A DNA stretch of 64,000 bases, from assembly GCA_903827945.1 (NCBI GenBank), contig CAIKKN010000009.1, forward strand, positions 52,046-116,045, given 5' to 3'. The notes below the pieces were generated by a model, which was given only the letters and a program-made list of their open reading frames with translations, had not been told where the DNA came from and searched no databases. Shown here piece after piece: positions 25,791-34,507 of this stretch. The translations under genes and the position numbers were made by a program. Positions within the stretch are counted from its first letter, which is position 1. The number at the start of each line of letters is the position of its first letter. The stretch is from an uncultured Actinomycetes bacterium. GTDB lineage: Bacteria; Actinomycetota; Actinomycetes; Nanopelagicales; Nanopelagicaceae.

Positions 25791-27348
25791 TTTTGATTCT
25801 CGCGTCACAAAAATCGTTCGTGGGACAGCGAACGACAAAGGTTGGCGCAACCTGGAATTGGGTGAAGGTGAAGCCATTGAGGGGGTTTCACCTTCGTCCA
25901 ATGCCGAATCACTCTTAAGCCTTGTTCATATTTCAGATTTACATATTTGTGATGCGCAATCACCTGCTCGTTTAGAGTTACTTGATCGCCTAGCAGATCC
26001 TCATAATCCGATGTCAGAGATTGTGAAGTTAGTCGGTACATATCGTCCTAATGAAATGTTGACGACTCAAACGCTTGAGGCAATGGTCCAAACGATCAAC
26101 AGAATTGATCACGGAGTAGTAACAAATCGGCCAATTGATGCTGTCGTTGTCACGGGTGATGTGACGGACAATGCACAAGGAAATGAATTGGATTGGTATT
26201 TCACACTGATGGATGGAGGGGAACTTCTTCCAGACAGCGGTGATGCGTCCAGGTGGGAGGGACTTTCTTCGAACGATCCTGAAAGGTATGACACTTCATA
26301 TTGGAATCCGGATGGGACTCCCGAAGGCTGCGAAGATGATTTTCCAAGGTCTCTATACGGATTTCCCGTCGTCCCAGGGTTGCATGATGCGGTCAGAAAA
26401 AGTTTTGCTGCAACAGGATTGCGGCATAAGTGGTTTGCCACTCACGGAAACCATGACGCGCTGATTCAAGGCACGCTTCCGGGAGATGAAGCTGTTCGCA
26501 ATCACGCTGTAGGTTCTGAGAAACAGATTGCCCTTGCACCAGATACAGACCTATCCGAACTCTTTGCAAACTTTAACCAGGTTGGTCCAGTGACATACCC
26601 AGATCCACACGGAGCAGTGTTTAGAGAAATTACACCAGATCCTCGTCGACGGATTAATGAGCCTGACTCGTGGGCAAAAGTTCATCAGGTGTGTAATCAC
26701 GACCATGGACTAAATGAAGAGAACTCTTTGCGCGCTACCAAGTACTGGTACAGGGATATAAATGGGGTCAGGCTAGTTTCCTTGGATACCGTGAATCATC
26801 ATGGAGGTTGGCAAGGCTCTCTGGATCAATCACAATTTGAGTGGCTGAAAAAAGTATTGACAGATAAAGAACCCAAATATTTTGTAATTCTCTCGCACCA
26901 TCCCTCTTCGACACTTTTCAATCTGTACCAGCCCGAAGGTAGCGACAACAGAGTGGGCGAAACAGAGGTTGTTGAATTGCTGATGAATGAACCTCGAGTC
27001 ATTCTCTGGCTTGCGGGGCATAATCATGAACACAAGATTGAACGCTATGGCGATGAGTTTTCAGGATTTTGGCATATTCAAACCGCTTCAAACATCGATT
27101 GGCCTCAACAAGGACGGCTAGTTGAAATTCTCAAGGATGGAGAGAAAGTTGTTATTGCGACATCAGTCTTTGATCACCAAAGTCCCGTATCTCTTGACGA
27201 TGCGACAAGCAATATCGATAGCCCAGTCAATCTTGCCGGACTGTCTCGAGTGCTTGCAGCCAATGATTGGCAGCGCCGTAGCGGGGAATTCGATATCGAG
27301 AATTTAGCTGGTGAAAAATCTGACCGAAATCGTTTCCTCTGGTTGTAG
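25783..27348 (+). CDS. calcineurin-like metallophosphoesterase with long inserts (PPA1498/TIGR03767-like); no signal peptide seen
   Basis: Metallophosphoesterase blocks VHISDLHICD, VVTGDVTDN, ATHGNHDA, LSHHP and AGHNHEH. ATG 25783 overlaps the ATPase stop by 8 nt (ATGTCTAA). The N-terminus MSNFDSRVTKIVRGT has no twin-arginine or hydrophobic signal. Confidence 0.8.
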   Translation: MSNFDSRVTKIVRGTANDKGWRNLELGEGEAIEGVSPSSNAESLLSLVHISDLHICDAQSPARLELLDRLADPHNPMSEIVKLVGTYRPNEMLTTQTLEAMVQTINRIDHGVVTNRPIDAVVVTGDVTDNAQGNELDWYFTLMDGGELLPDSGDASRWEGLSSNDPERYDTSYWNPDGTPEGCEDDFPRSLYGFPVVPGLHDAVRKSFAATGLRHKWFATHGNHDALIQGTLPGDEAVRNHAVGSEKQIALAPDTDLSELFANFNQVGPVTYPDPHGAVFREITPDPRRRINEPDSWAKVHQVCNHDHGLNEENSLRATKYWYRDINGVRLVSLDTVNHHGGWQGSLDQSQFEWLKKVLTDKEPKYFVILSHHPSSTLFNLYQPEGSDNRVGETEVVELLMNEPRVILWLAGHNHEHKIERYGDEFSGFWHIQTASNIDWPQQGRLVEILKDGEKVVIATSVFDHQSPVSLDDATSNIDSPVNLAGLSRVLAANDWQRRSGEFDIENLAGEKSDRNRFLWL

Positions 27349-27367
27349 TTAGTGCTACAACTAGGTT

Positions 27368-29050
27368 GTGGGAAAAGACCTAGATTTTGATGTTGTCATC
27401 ATTGGCTCAGGATTCGGTGGATCAGTGGCAGCCCTCCGGCTTAGTGAAAAAGGCTACAAAGTCGCCGTCATCGAAGCGGGCCGGCGCTTTGCAGATACTG
27501 ATTTTCCTAAAACATCATGGCGGCTGAGGAGCTTTCTTTTTGCACCTCGCCTTGGCCTCAACGGCATCCAACGCATTCACGCTCTTCCCAATGTACTTGT
27601 GTTGGCAGGCGCCGGAGTTGGTGGCGGTTCACTTGTCTATGCAAACACTTTGTACACCCCTCCGGATACTTACTTCAACGATCTCCAATGGCGTCACATA
27701 ACGGATTGGAAAGCTGAACTCGCTCCTTGGTATGACCAAGCACATCGAATGCTGGGAGTTGTGAAGAATCCTCACATGACCCCATCAGATGTGGCAATGA
27801 AGGAAGTTGCGGATGAAATGGGAGTGGGGCACACATTTACATTGGCGCCGCTCGGAATCTATTTTGGTGAAGGATTTGGAATCAAGAAGGATGACCCGTT
27901 TTTTGGTGGTGTGGGACCATTACGCGAAGGCTGTCATCAATGCGGTGGCTGCATGACTGGATGTCGTTTCAATGCGAAGAACACATTGCCGAAAAATTAT
28001 CTTGGGCTAGCTGAACAAATCGGAGCAACCGTAATTCCCGAAACCACAGTCACTGCAATCAAAGAGGTAAATGGTTCGTGGATTGTCGAAGCCCGAAAAA
28101 GTAGTTCGTGGCTAGGAAGAAAAAAGAGATTTAGGGCAAGTCAGGTTGTAGTCGCTGGTGGAACATACAACACTCAAAAGTTACTCCATCGAATGAAAGA
28201 CAATGAGACCCTTCCAAGACTTTCAGACTTTTTAGGAAAGTTGTCCCGTACAAATAGTGAAGCGCTTACCGGCGCGCTTATGTCAAAGTCAGATATAGAT
28301 TATTCAGTGGGGGCTGCAATCACCTCCTCATTTCATCCTGATGAGCACACCCATGTAGAACCTGTGCGATATGGAAAAGGCAGTAACTCAATGGGGCTGT
28401 TGCAGACCATCATGACTGATGGAACCAAACTATCCTCGCGACACAAGCAATGGTGGGTAACAGTTTTAAAGAATCCCAAAATGCTTTATCGAATTTTAAA
28501 TGTGAAGTCATGGAGCGAGCGCACGGTTATCGCGCTGGTCATGCAAAACGTTGATTCCTCAATCTCCGTAAAGGGTAAAAAGGGATTATTGAGACCGTGG
28601 AAGTTAACCTCTGAAAATGATTCAGAGCATCCAAATGCTACTTATATTCCAGCGGCTAACGATGTAGTCCGGCGCATTGCAAAAAATCGCGGTGGAATTC
28701 CTGGCGGCAACATTGGAGATTTAGTGAATGCCCCATTTACTGCTCACTTTGTCGGAGGTTGCGTTATCGGAGACTCCGAGAAGACCGGAGTGATTGATCC
28801 GTATCACCGCGTTTGGAATTACCCGACCTTGCACATCGTTGATGGCTCAAGTGTTACTGCCAATTTAGGGGTGAATCCTTCTCTCACCATCACGGCGCAA
28901 GCAGAGCGCGCAATGAGCCTCTGGCCAAACAAGGGGGAGGCCGACGCTCGCCCCCGGCAAGGTGATGAGTACAAGCGCTGCAAATCGATCTTTCCCCAGA
29001 CTCCAGCAGTCCCGCTTCACGCTCAGGGCGCCCTTTCTAACCCCACCTAG
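27368..29050 (+). CDS. GMC-family FAD oxidoreductase (cholesterol-oxidase/ChoD-like)
   Basis: N-terminal DFDVVIIGSGFGGSVAALRLSEKGYKVAVIEAG. C-terminal GMC block HRVWNYPTLHIVDGSSVTANLGVNPSLTITAQAERA. GTG start 19 nt after the metallophosphoesterase stop. Confidence 0.85.
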   Translation: MGKDLDFDVVIIGSGFGGSVAALRLSEKGYKVAVIEAGRRFADTDFPKTSWRLRSFLFAPRLGLNGIQRIHALPNVLVLAGAGVGGGSLVYANTLYTPPDTYFNDLQWRHITDWKAELAPWYDQAHRMLGVVKNPHMTPSDVAMKEVADEMGVGHTFTLAPLGIYFGEGFGIKKDDPFFGGVGPLREGCHQCGGCMTGCRFNAKNTLPKNYLGLAEQIGATVIPETTVTAIKEVNGSWIVEARKSSSWLGRKKRFRASQVVVAGGTYNTQKLLHRMKDNETLPRLSDFLGKLSRTNSEALTGALMSKSDIDYSVGAAITSSFHPDEHTHVEPVRYGKGSNSMGLLQTIMTDGTKLSSRHKQWWVTVLKNPKMLYRILNVKSWSERTVIALVMQNVDSSISVKGKKGLLRPWKLTSENDSEHPNATYIPAANDVVRRIAKNRGGIPGGNIGDLVNAPFTAHFVGGCVIGDSEKTGVIDPYHRVWNYPTLHIVDGSSVTANLGVNPSLTITAQAERAMSLWPNKGEADARPRQGDEYKRCKSIFPQTPAVPLHAQGALSNPT

Positions 29051-29105
29051 GGGTGATAAAAAAGGGTTATAGAAAAAAGCCTCTCACCCCTGCGAAACTG
29101 AAGGT

Positions 29106-31709
29106 ATGGGGACATCAAAGAAGAGCGTTAAAGCAGATATTTTCCTGCCTGTCCTCGATGGGGTTCCACTAGCTCGAATCACAAGACCGATGGCGTTACC
29201 AAACGCGATCTATCGAAGCTACCTTATTGAAAAAATCTTGCAACCCGCTCCTCATGCAACTCTCATTGTTGCTCCAAGTGGGTTTGGGAAAACAACACTT
29301 GCAACTCAAGCCGCTGAGGCTGCCGAAGCATCAGGTGAATATGTTGTCTTTTACACAGTTGAAGAATTAGACACCGTCCTTGATACGTGTAGGAATGTCA
29401 CTTCGGCGCTGAGGTTGCAGGTCCCAAATTTTGCGCCGTGGGCAGAAGAATTTTTCGCAGGAGATTTTCATGGCGTCGATTGGGTAGTGCGAATATGCAA
29501 TGACATATCCAGAAGCTCCAAGACTTTCTTTTTTATATGGGATGGCGCACAAAATTACAGTGAAGCCCATTCTGGAATGCTTCAGAGTTTTATCAACTTG
29601 ATGCCGAACAATGTCCGAATTTTGACTTTGAGAAACATTCCGCCCAGAGCATCGTATGCAAAAATTGCAAGTCAAGGAAACTTTACTTATCTTACTGCAA
29701 AGGACTTACAATTCTGCTCAGAAGATACTGCAGAGATTGCAAAACAGAATGGTTTAGATTATTCAAATAAAGAAATTTCTTCTGTATTCCAGAAGGTGCA
29801 CAGTTGGCCTTTGGGTGTAAAAATTATCGCCTCTTCACTCGCAAGAGAAAATGCAGATACGACAATTGCGAGTTTCGAGGATAAAACTTTGATTTCTCAT
29901 GCAATTGATCTCTTAGATTGCGATGATCGTGATTTCTTAGAGAAAATTTCTCTTTTAGATGCAGTTTCGGCCGATGAGGCTTTTCAAATCACTAAGTTTC
30001 CTGACACTGGGATGAGATTAAACAAATTGCGTGAAAGCGGTACTTTCATCTCTCAAAAATCTATAAATCCTTCACGTTTTTCCATTAATCCACTTATCCG
30101 CGAACAATTAGCGGCGCGAGTTTATTCTGACAGTAAGAAGCTTGCGGATATTGGGTATCCATCAATTGACGTTGCAATTAATGCAGGCAAGCCCCTTAAA
30201 GCGATTTCCTTACTTGCCGCTCTTGGTGAAGAAAAGCGCGCAGAAGCGCTTGCCTGGCAAAATGTTTACCAGATAATGATGTCGGGAGATGCAGAATTTC
30301 TGAGCATGTGGGTTGAAAGGAAGAAGGTTGATGATAAAGATGACATCTTTCTCATCGCACTTTTAAAGATCTATATAAAGTTAATTTCATTTGATGTTGA
30401 TTCTGGTCGAGCACTATTGAATGAACTTGAAAATGATTTGTCAATGTCAGCGGAAGTACAAAAATTTGAAGATGAAATTGGACTTGTGCGAGCAAGATAT
30501 GAATTTTGGGTCGGAAACTTTAAGGAGTGCATACGTCTTTCAACGAAGAATAAAGTTTTAAGGGTCATTCAACGCGATGGATTGCCAGGAGCTGTTGCTC
30601 GAGGAATGTTGCCAGCCCTCGAATCTGCGTTTATTTTGCAAGATAGGAAAGTTTTTGATGAAATATTCCAAAATGTAATGGCAATCTCGAGCGACGTAAC
30701 CCCGCATCATCAGAAGTTGGTGCTTCCACAAATGCGTGCCATGGATGCATTTCTTGATGGTAGATTTAGAGAGGCGTTAGATCATGCCAATTTGGCGCTC
30801 GGCTCTTTCGAGAGTCTAAATGTAAAAGGCATCTACATACCTTATTCCGCTGCTTACGTAGCGGCAGATGTACTGCTTGAATATGGCGAAGATAATAAAT
30901 CTGTTGAGATGTCAGAGAAATACTTACAACTTGCAATCAAGGCGCAACAGTGGCCTTGGGTAGTCGCTTTCTATTCTAGAATGGCCCTAGCCAAAATTTA
31001 TCAAGGTGAAACAAACGTTGCGATTTCCCTAATTCAAGAATCTCGCGAATGGACGTCTAGCTCGCAATTTAATTCACAAATCAACATTCTTTCAGATTTT
31101 ATTGAAATTCTTGCTCGTGCCCAATTGGGTGACGTTGGTAGAATTTATGAATTGCTTGATCGCGGAATAGAAACCCCAGCGACTTTGACACTTCGTACCG
31201 TTCTTGAAGCAAGACAGAATTCAAAAGATGCCCTGAAGCTTCTAGGAGGCCTTCCTGAAAGCACGCCTCATCAAAAATTCATTAAGAGTGTTTTATTATT
31301 AGAAGCAACAACTGATCCGAAAACTGCGCTTCCTCTTTTAGAAACCGCTCTACAGATAGGACGCGAGAACGGTTATTTTAGATCCTTCCTTAACTTAAGT
31401 CCCGTGTCGAAGAATCTTATTTTGAATTACGCAAATGTGCATCCAACTGTATTTAACGAAAATTTGGCACGAAGTATTAGAAATCAGATGAAAAATGTTC
31501 AGACCATTGACAATAAATCCTCACTTACCAAGCGCGAATTAGATATTTTAAGACGTCTGGCAACGGGACTTCCTATCACGCAAATTGCCGCCGCTCTTCA
31601 CATTTCAAATAACACTATTAAGACGCACCTCAAGAATGTTTACCGAAAAATGAATGTAGAGTCTCGAGACGAGGCTGTTAGCCGCGGGCGAGATTTAGCT
31701 TTGCTCTAG
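29106..31709 (+). CDS. LAL-family (large ATP-binding, MalT-like) LuxR transcriptional regulator
   Basis: 867 aa. N-terminal P-loop VAPSGFGKTTLATQ, a long helical/TPR-like middle region, and a C-terminal LuxR HTH LTKRELDILRRLATGLPITQIAAALHISNNTIKTHLKNVYRKMNV. Confidence 0.85.
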   Translation: MGTSKKSVKADIFLPVLDGVPLARITRPMALPNAIYRSYLIEKILQPAPHATLIVAPSGFGKTTLATQAAEAAEASGEYVVFYTVEELDTVLDTCRNVTSALRLQVPNFAPWAEEFFAGDFHGVDWVVRICNDISRSSKTFFFIWDGAQNYSEAHSGMLQSFINLMPNNVRILTLRNIPPRASYAKIASQGNFTYLTAKDLQFCSEDTAEIAKQNGLDYSNKEISSVFQKVHSWPLGVKIIASSLARENADTTIASFEDKTLISHAIDLLDCDDRDFLEKISLLDAVSADEAFQITKFPDTGMRLNKLRESGTFISQKSINPSRFSINPLIREQLAARVYSDSKKLADIGYPSIDVAINAGKPLKAISLLAALGEEKRAEALAWQNVYQIMMSGDAEFLSMWVERKKVDDKDDIFLIALLKIYIKLISFDVDSGRALLNELENDLSMSAEVQKFEDEIGLVRARYEFWVGNFKECIRLSTKNKVLRVIQRDGLPGAVARGMLPALESAFILQDRKVFDEIFQNVMAISSDVTPHHQKLVLPQMRAMDAFLDGRFREALDHANLALGSFESLNVKGIYIPYSAAYVAADVLLEYGEDNKSVEMSEKYLQLAIKAQQWPWVVAFYSRMALAKIYQGETNVAISLIQESREWTSSSQFNSQINILSDFIEILARAQLGDVGRIYELLDRGIETPATLTLRTVLEARQNSKDALKLLGGLPESTPHQKFIKSVLLLEATTDPKTALPLLETALQIGRENGYFRSFLNLSPVSKNLILNYANVHPTVFNENLARSIRNQMKNVQTIDNKSSLTKRELDILRRLATGLPITQIAAALHISNNTIKTHLKNVYRKMNVESRDEAVSRGRDLALL

Positions 31710-32938
31710 AGAGAATCCATGATGTGGCGATTGCCGCGGTCGAATGTGAAGTAATTCCACATCCAGTCCGCAATCGTGCCAATGCGATTACGCCCACCTA
31801 ATAGATAGACCACGTGCAAGAAGAGCCAAGCAAACCATGCAATCGGTCCTTTAAGCTTTAATCGTTTTACTTGCACAACTGCCTTGTGTCGGCCAATAGT
31901 TGCCATGGAGCCCTTGTCTAAGTATTTAAATTCTTTGAGCGGGACACCTTTTTTAACACGTCGGATTTGATCAGCAACAAATCGACCCTGTTGCATAGCA
32001 GTGGGAGCCACCATGGGCAATGGACGTCCATTTGCTCCAATGACACCCGAGTTATCTCCAATGGCCCAAATGTGTGGATAGTTCGCGACTTGTAAAGTGG
32101 CATCTGTTTTAATTCGATTTCCTGCGAGTGGAAGATTGAGGGCGCCTAATTCCTCAACGCCTTTAACCCCAGCCGCCCAAACTGTTATTTCAGAAGGAAT
32201 GGAAGTTCCATCTGCAAACTCAAGCTTGCGATGGGAGACCTCTTTTACCTGGGTATTAAGAAGAACTGTTACTCCAAGAGATTCCAAGTCCTTTTTTGTG
32301 CGATCTGAAAGATCTTGATCAAACATAGGAAGTAAACGAGGCCCAGCTTCTACAAGGTAGATGTCTATATGTTTTGCTGCATTGAAGTTATCACTCTTCA
32401 AAGGTCCCTTAACTAATTCACCTAACGCACCTGACATTTCAACACCTGTGGGTCCGCCGCCAACTAGAACAACAGAAAGTCGAGTGTTATCTTCAAAACG
32501 GCATAGGTCCTCAAAACGGCGCATTAATTCTGATCGAATCTCGAGTGCCTCATGAATATTTTTCATACCAAGAGCGTGTTCGACAACGCCAGGAACTCCA
32601 AAATCAGCAGTGGCAGAACCGAGGGCAACGATGAGATGATCAAAAGCAATGACTTCGCTGCTATCAAGTTTTACAGTTTTATTCTTGTGGTCGATAGCGA
32701 TTGGCGAACCCATTCGAAATTTTGCGCCAGTCTTACGTAGCGCACCTCTAATTGGGTATGCGACATGGTCGGCGGCAAGAGAGGCCGTTGCTACCTGATA
32801 GAGAAGAGGAAGGAAAGTTTGGTAGTTGTGGCGATCAATGACTGTGACATCAGCATCATGACCGATTGCCTTGGCTGCAGTTAAGCCCGCAAACCCAGCT
32901 CCTAGAATTACTACACGAGGCTTTGTAGCGCTTGTCAT
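31706..32938 (-). CDS. ndh: type II NADH dehydrogenase (NDH-2)
   Basis: 410 aa. Two dinucleotide folds (RVVILGAGFAGLTAAK and VVLVGGGPTGVEMSG). C-terminal membrane-anchoring segment. Confidence 0.9.
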   Translation of the reverse strand: MTSATKPRVVILGAGFAGLTAAKAIGHDADVTVIDRHNYQTFLPLLYQVATASLAADHVAYPIRGALRKTGAKFRMGSPIAIDHKNKTVKLDSSEVIAFDHLIVALGSATADFGVPGVVEHALGMKNIHEALEIRSELMRRFEDLCRFEDNTRLSVVLVGGGPTGVEMSGALGELVKGPLKSDNFNAAKHIDIYLVEAGPRLLPMFDQDLSDRTKKDLESLGVTVLLNTQVKEVSHRKLEFADGTSIPSEITVWAAGVKGVEELGALNLPLAGNRIKTDATLQVANYPHIWAIGDNSGVIGANGRPLPMVAPTAMQQGRFVADQIRRVKKGVPLKEFKYLDKGSMATIGRHKAVVQVKRLKLKGPIAWFAWLFLHVVYLLGGRNRIGTIADWMWNYFTFDRGNRHIMDSL

Positions 32939-33007
32939 CTATTTTCTCCGTTACAGGGGAGCTCTATTGGTCACCATTGAATCCAGTCTCAGTCTACTGT
33001 TTCTCCT

Positions 33008-34492
33008 ATGTCCCAGCTAAATCGTCGAATTCTTGTCACTGGCGCCTCTGGTTATGTCGGAGGCAGGCTGGTCCGCTCGCTTTTGGAAAAAGGGCTTCCG
33101 GTCCGCGTTTATGTTCGAGATCAGAAGAAAATGCTTCGTCAAACTTGGGCCTCGCAGGTTGAAGTCGCAATTGGTAACGCCAATGATTTTGACGCAACAA
33201 GAGCCGCTCTTGATGGTGTTGATACTGCCTTCTATTTGCTCCATTCAATAAACATTTCAACGCAATACGATGAAATTGAAGCAGCGATGGCAAAGACGTT
33301 TGCTACGGCGGCGCAAGCGGCCGGTGTTCGACAGATTATTTACTTAGGCGGTATTGCCAATGACAAAAAGCGAAGCAAGCACTTGGAGTCTCGAGCAAAT
33401 ACGGGAAAGATTCTTGCATCTGGTTCGGTGCCGGTTCTTGAATTGCGAGCCGGAATTATCATCGGCTCTGGATCTGCTTCCTTTGAAATGTTGCGCCATT
33501 TAACACATCGCCTTCCAATCATGACTACTCCGAAGTGGGTTACAAATCGCACACAGCCAATTGCTATTCGCGATGTCTTGTATTACTTAACTAAGGCTGC
33601 ACTCTTAGAGAATCCACTTTCTGGAATATTTGATATCGGCGGCCCTGAGGTCGTTTCTTATGAAGAGATGATGCAACTCTTTGCAAAGGTCTCAGGCCTT
33701 CGCCGTAGATTTATTATTAAAGTTCCAGTGCTCTCTCCAAAACTTTCTAGTTTGTGGATTGGTTTAGTCACACCCGTACCCACCACATTGGCCAGACCGC
33801 TTGTTGGCTCACTGATCAGTGAAGTTGTTGTAGATCCCAACAAAAGTGTGAATTCAATTATTCCAGCACCAAAAGAAGGACTTACTACTATTCAAAACGC
33901 AATCGAATTCGCTCTTTCAAAAACATCTGGCAATGATGTTGAAACGCGATGGTCAGATGCAACCGGCCCAACAGCCCCTTGGCAAAAAGCGCAAAGCGAT
34001 CCAACATGGGCTGGTGCCACGGAGTATTTTGATCTTCGCGAAAAAGTTACAGCGGTCTCCGCATCTGAGTTATGGAAAGCAATCGAAACTATTGGCGGCA
34101 AAACAGGCTGGTATGGATCAGATTTCTTGTGGTGGCTCAGAGGATTACTTGACCGACTTGTAGGTGGTGTCGGATTGCGAAGAGGGCGTAGAGATCCTCT
34201 TCACCTTGAAGTGGGAGATAGTGTTGATTTTTGGAGAGTTGAAAAAATTTCGAGAGGCAGCGAGCTCACCCTGTATGCCGAAATGATTCTTCCGGGTAAG
34301 GCTTGGCTATCTTTTCGAATCGAAGAACTTGGGGATGGAACTCGCAAAGTTATTCAAAAGGCAACATTCCAACCAAGAGGTCTGGGCGGGCAACTTTATT
34401 GGTTTGCAATTGCCCCTCTTCATTTTCTTGTCTTTCCGACGATGCTTCGCAACCTGATATCTGCTGCACGTCTTTCTGAAAAATCTGATTAA
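33008..34492 (+). CDS. NAD(P)-binding NmrA/SDR-like protein with a C-terminal DUF2867-like domain
   Basis: N-terminal RILVTGASGYVGGRLV Rossmann motif. 494 aa. The C-terminal ~150 aa match my recollection of DUF2867 fusions. Confidence 0.75.
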   Translation: MSQLNRRILVTGASGYVGGRLVRSLLEKGLPVRVYVRDQKKMLRQTWASQVEVAIGNANDFDATRAALDGVDTAFYLLHSINISTQYDEIEAAMAKTFATAAQAAGVRQIIYLGGIANDKKRSKHLESRANTGKILASGSVPVLELRAGIIIGSGSASFEMLRHLTHRLPIMTTPKWVTNRTQPIAIRDVLYYLTKAALLENPLSGIFDIGGPEVVSYEEMMQLFAKVSGLRRRFIIKVPVLSPKLSSLWIGLVTPVPTTLARPLVGSLISEVVVDPNKSVNSIIPAPKEGLTTIQNAIEFALSKTSGNDVETRWSDATGPTAPWQKAQSDPTWAGATEYFDLREKVTAVSASELWKAIETIGGKTGWYGSDFLWWLRGLLDRLVGGVGLRRGRRDPLHLEVGDSVDFWRVEKISRGSELTLYAEMILPGKAWLSFRIEELGDGTRKVIQKATFQPRGLGGQLYWFAIAPLHFLVFPTMLRNLISAARLSEKSD

Positions 34493-34507
34493 TGGCAGAC
34501 TTCCGCT

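Noticed and set aside
29049-29091. 8-bp inverted repeat AGGGGTGA ... TCACCCCT between the GMC oxidase stop and the LAL regulator start
   Set aside because: The 27-nt A-rich loop makes a stable terminator hairpin unlikely, and there is no T-tract. It may be an operator, but I have no supporting second copy.
7417-32938. Idea that the accessory-looking block downstream of tRNA-Thr (dehydrogenase, DUF885, P-scavenging operons, LAL regulator) is a tRNA-integrated genomic island
   Set aside because: I saw no integrase or recombinase and no direct repeat of the tRNA 3' end. Apart from the LAL gene, composition looks like the rest of the window. The same reasoning applies to tRNA-Arg at 49968-50040.
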